IMG/VR virus record: IMGVR_UViG_3300031992_000037
Reading direction: 5' to 3' (one strand)
Length of the DNA stretch: 55,361 bases
Source: an uncultured virus (IMG/VR IMGVR_UViG_3300031992_000037)
Taxonomy: Duplodnaviria > Heunggongvirae > Uroviricota > Caudoviricetes
Shown here piece by piece: positions 53,384-55,361 of the stretch. The notes beneath the pieces were generated by a model, which was not told where the DNA came from, did no database searches, and saw only the letters and a list, made by a program, of their open reading frames with translations. Numbering within the stretch: position 1 is the first letter of the stretch; every line of letters begins with the position of its first letter. The position numbers and the translations under genes were made by a program.

Positions 53384-53782
53384 ATGAAAAATAAATTACA
53401 TAAAATTCCAATTGATGTATATAATCTTGATTTATTAATATTTTTTGGACATATGTCAGAGTGTTGTAAACTTTTGTCTAAAAGATTAGATCAGAGATAT
53501 ATAGACAAGTTAATGGAAATGGGATCTGATAATAAGGGTTTGTTTTTTCATGTTCAAGATGTATATTTAATTTGGCTTCCAGATATTCCAAATACTTTTA
53601 GAAAATACGCGATATTAGTTCATGAGCTTGAGCATGCTACCTATAGAATACTCACTTATAAAGACTTAATACATACTGCAGAAAGTGATGAAGGATATGC
53701 ATATTTATTAGAGTATTTATATTATAAATCATTAGTACTTATAAATAATTTAAAAAAGAATAGAGATGAAAAAGAAATATAA
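53384..53782 (+). CDS. HExxH metallopeptidase-like protein
   Basis: ILVHELEHA...DEGYAYL. Confidence 0.8.
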   Translation: MKNKLHKIPIDVYNLDLLIFFGHMSECCKLLSKRLDQRYIDKLMEMGSDNKGLFFHVQDVYLIWLPDIPNTFRKYAILVHELEHATYRILTYKDLIHTAESDEGYAYLLEYLYYKSLVLINNLKKNRDEKEI

Positions 53783-54995
53783 TATTATTGGGGATATTCA
53801 TGGAAGATCCTGGTGGAAGAAGTTACTAATTGATGATGGGATAAATGTATTTGTAGGAGATTATTTTTCACCATATGAAGAAATTTCTTGGGAAAATCAA
53901 AAACAGAATTTTCTAAATATTTTGGATCTGAAGAAAGAAAATCCCAATATGTATGTACTATTAATAGGTAATCATGATGAAGATCATTGGCATTGGGGTG
54001 AGGAGTGCTCCAGACATGATTCGGAACATGAACAAGAAATTAGGCAATTATTTGAGGAAAATAAAGAATATTTTCAAATGGCCTATAATATTGAAGAATT
54101 TGGTATTGTAACACATGCTGGAGTATCAGCTTATTGGTATGTCAATAACCTTTATGATAAAAACATAATTCATGCACATTCAGATTTAAAAAGTTGCGTA
54201 GATGGAGATTTAGTTTATTCAAAAGGATTTTTTTATAAAAATGGTGATGAATTAATAAAGTTATCTGAAATTAAACCTTCTGAATTATCTAAAACAATTA
54301 ACGATTTATGGAAACAAAATCCTCAAATCTTTAGTTTTTTTAATTGTGATGTAAATTATTTAGATACTTATGGTGATTTAATAACACAGTCACCTTGTTG
54401 GATACGTCCTAATTCATTATATAAATCTAATATCTATAGAAATTCTGAATTATTTCAAATCGTTGGGCATACTCAATTTTATGAAATTGTTCCATTACAA
54501 AAATTGACAGATTCAAATGATAAACTGTATTTTATTGATTGTCTAGGATTTCAACCTCAATCTTTGGTTATTACTACCGATTCTGAAACTTATGAGGTTA
54601 GTACCAATAAAATACTTATAGCAAATCGATGGAAAACTCCTGATGGAACAATTCTTCATTCTAAGCATGTGCATGATTATGTAAGTCACACTGATAAGAA
54701 TGGTGAACATTATTTTATCGACGGAGGAACTGATTATATCAGAAGGTCGGTAAATAATGAACTTATGGAAAATATGTGCATTTATTCTGATTCTCCATTT
54801 GATGTTATTCGTACTGTATTGTATAGATTTCCAGCTAATAAACCTATTTGTGAATTATCTAATGAACATTTACAAAATATTATTACTTATGAGTTAGATC
54901 ATGGTAAAGATAATTCTCTATATGTCAATTATATTAGAAAAGAAATTGAATATAGAGCAAAGCACCATATTAAAATAGAGGATAATTATGATTAA
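53766..54995 (+). CDS. Calcineurin-like metallophosphoesterase fused to a C-terminal SxHxHDY...IDGG domain
   Basis: GDIHG, GDY, GNHD, THAG and VGHT motifs. Confidence 0.88.
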   Translation: MKKKYNIIGDIHGRSWWKKLLIDDGINVFVGDYFSPYEEISWENQKQNFLNILDLKKENPNMYVLLIGNHDEDHWHWGEECSRHDSEHEQEIRQLFEENKEYFQMAYNIEEFGIVTHAGVSAYWYVNNLYDKNIIHAHSDLKSCVDGDLVYSKGFFYKNGDELIKLSEIKPSELSKTINDLWKQNPQIFSFFNCDVNYLDTYGDLITQSPCWIRPNSLYKSNIYRNSELFQIVGHTQFYEIVPLQKLTDSNDKLYFIDCLGFQPQSLVITTDSETYEVSTNKILIANRWKTPDGTILHSKHVHDYVSHTDKNGEHYFIDGGTDYIRRSVNNELMENMCIYSDSPFDVIRTVLYRFPANKPICELSNEHLQNIITYELDHGKDNSLYVNYIRKEIEYRAKHHIKIEDNYD

Positions 54996-55347
54996 TATGA
55001 GAAAACTGCAAAATAATTTTACTACCTCTGAACAATCAGAACAACTTCTTAAATTAGGAGTGCCTGCTGATAGTGCTGATATGTATTATAAGCGTACGAT
55101 GCTTGATCCTTACATATTTACTCTTGGTGTTCGTTTTTCTGTATATGCAGAAGTAGAAGATATAGTTCCTTGTTGGTCTGTAGGCCGACTGATAGAAATA
55201 TTAAGGATTTGTGTAACTGATGAAGAAGAAATAGTTGAAATAATGGAAAATCTTATATATTGGACACTATTAGACCTTACAGATTTTTTATTACAAACAT
55301 ATCAAGAGTATAAAGAGGTTATTGATTTTTCAAAACTGGAGGATTGA
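54988..55347 (+). CDS. 'LQNNFTTSEQS' family hypothetical protein
   Basis: Paralog of 47539; another copy appears to start at 55350 (MKQL). Confidence 0.85.
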   Translation: MINMRKLQNNFTTSEQSEQLLKLGVPADSADMYYKRTMLDPYIFTLGVRFSVYAEVEDIVPCWSVGRLIEILRICVTDEEEIVEIMENLIYWTLLDLTDFLLQTYQEYKEVIDFSKLED

Positions 55348-55361
55348 GTATGAAACAATTA

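Overview
This window is part of a large Bacteroidota phage genome, most likely crAss-like (Crassvirales), and it has two halves. The left half (1-26.3 kb, minus strand) is a late/packaging/lysis block. It holds terminase, portal, GroEL/GroES-like chaperonins, a PD-(D/E)XK nuclease, a holin, a spanin-like protein, three peptidoglycan hydrolases, zincins and a probable tail protein. Its ORFs look fragmented only because TAG is read as Gln (code-15-like). A CUA-anticodon suppressor tRNA at 4456-4528 supports this, as do TAG codons at conserved Gln positions. The right half (26.3-55.4 kb, mostly plus strand) is an early/accessory block in largely standard code. It holds a Rep-like HTH gene with iterons, a tandem array of BspA-type LRR genes, many small paralog families and several structured non-coding segments. 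The most unusual element is a 1.6 kb cassette at 32143-33762. It has the layout spacer-repeat-[AcrIII-1/DUF1874 ring nuclease + orphan ORF + structured RNA]-repeat-spacer, with 37-nt Bacteroidota type III-like CRISPR repeats. All calls come from manual translation and motif recognition; no database searches were run.
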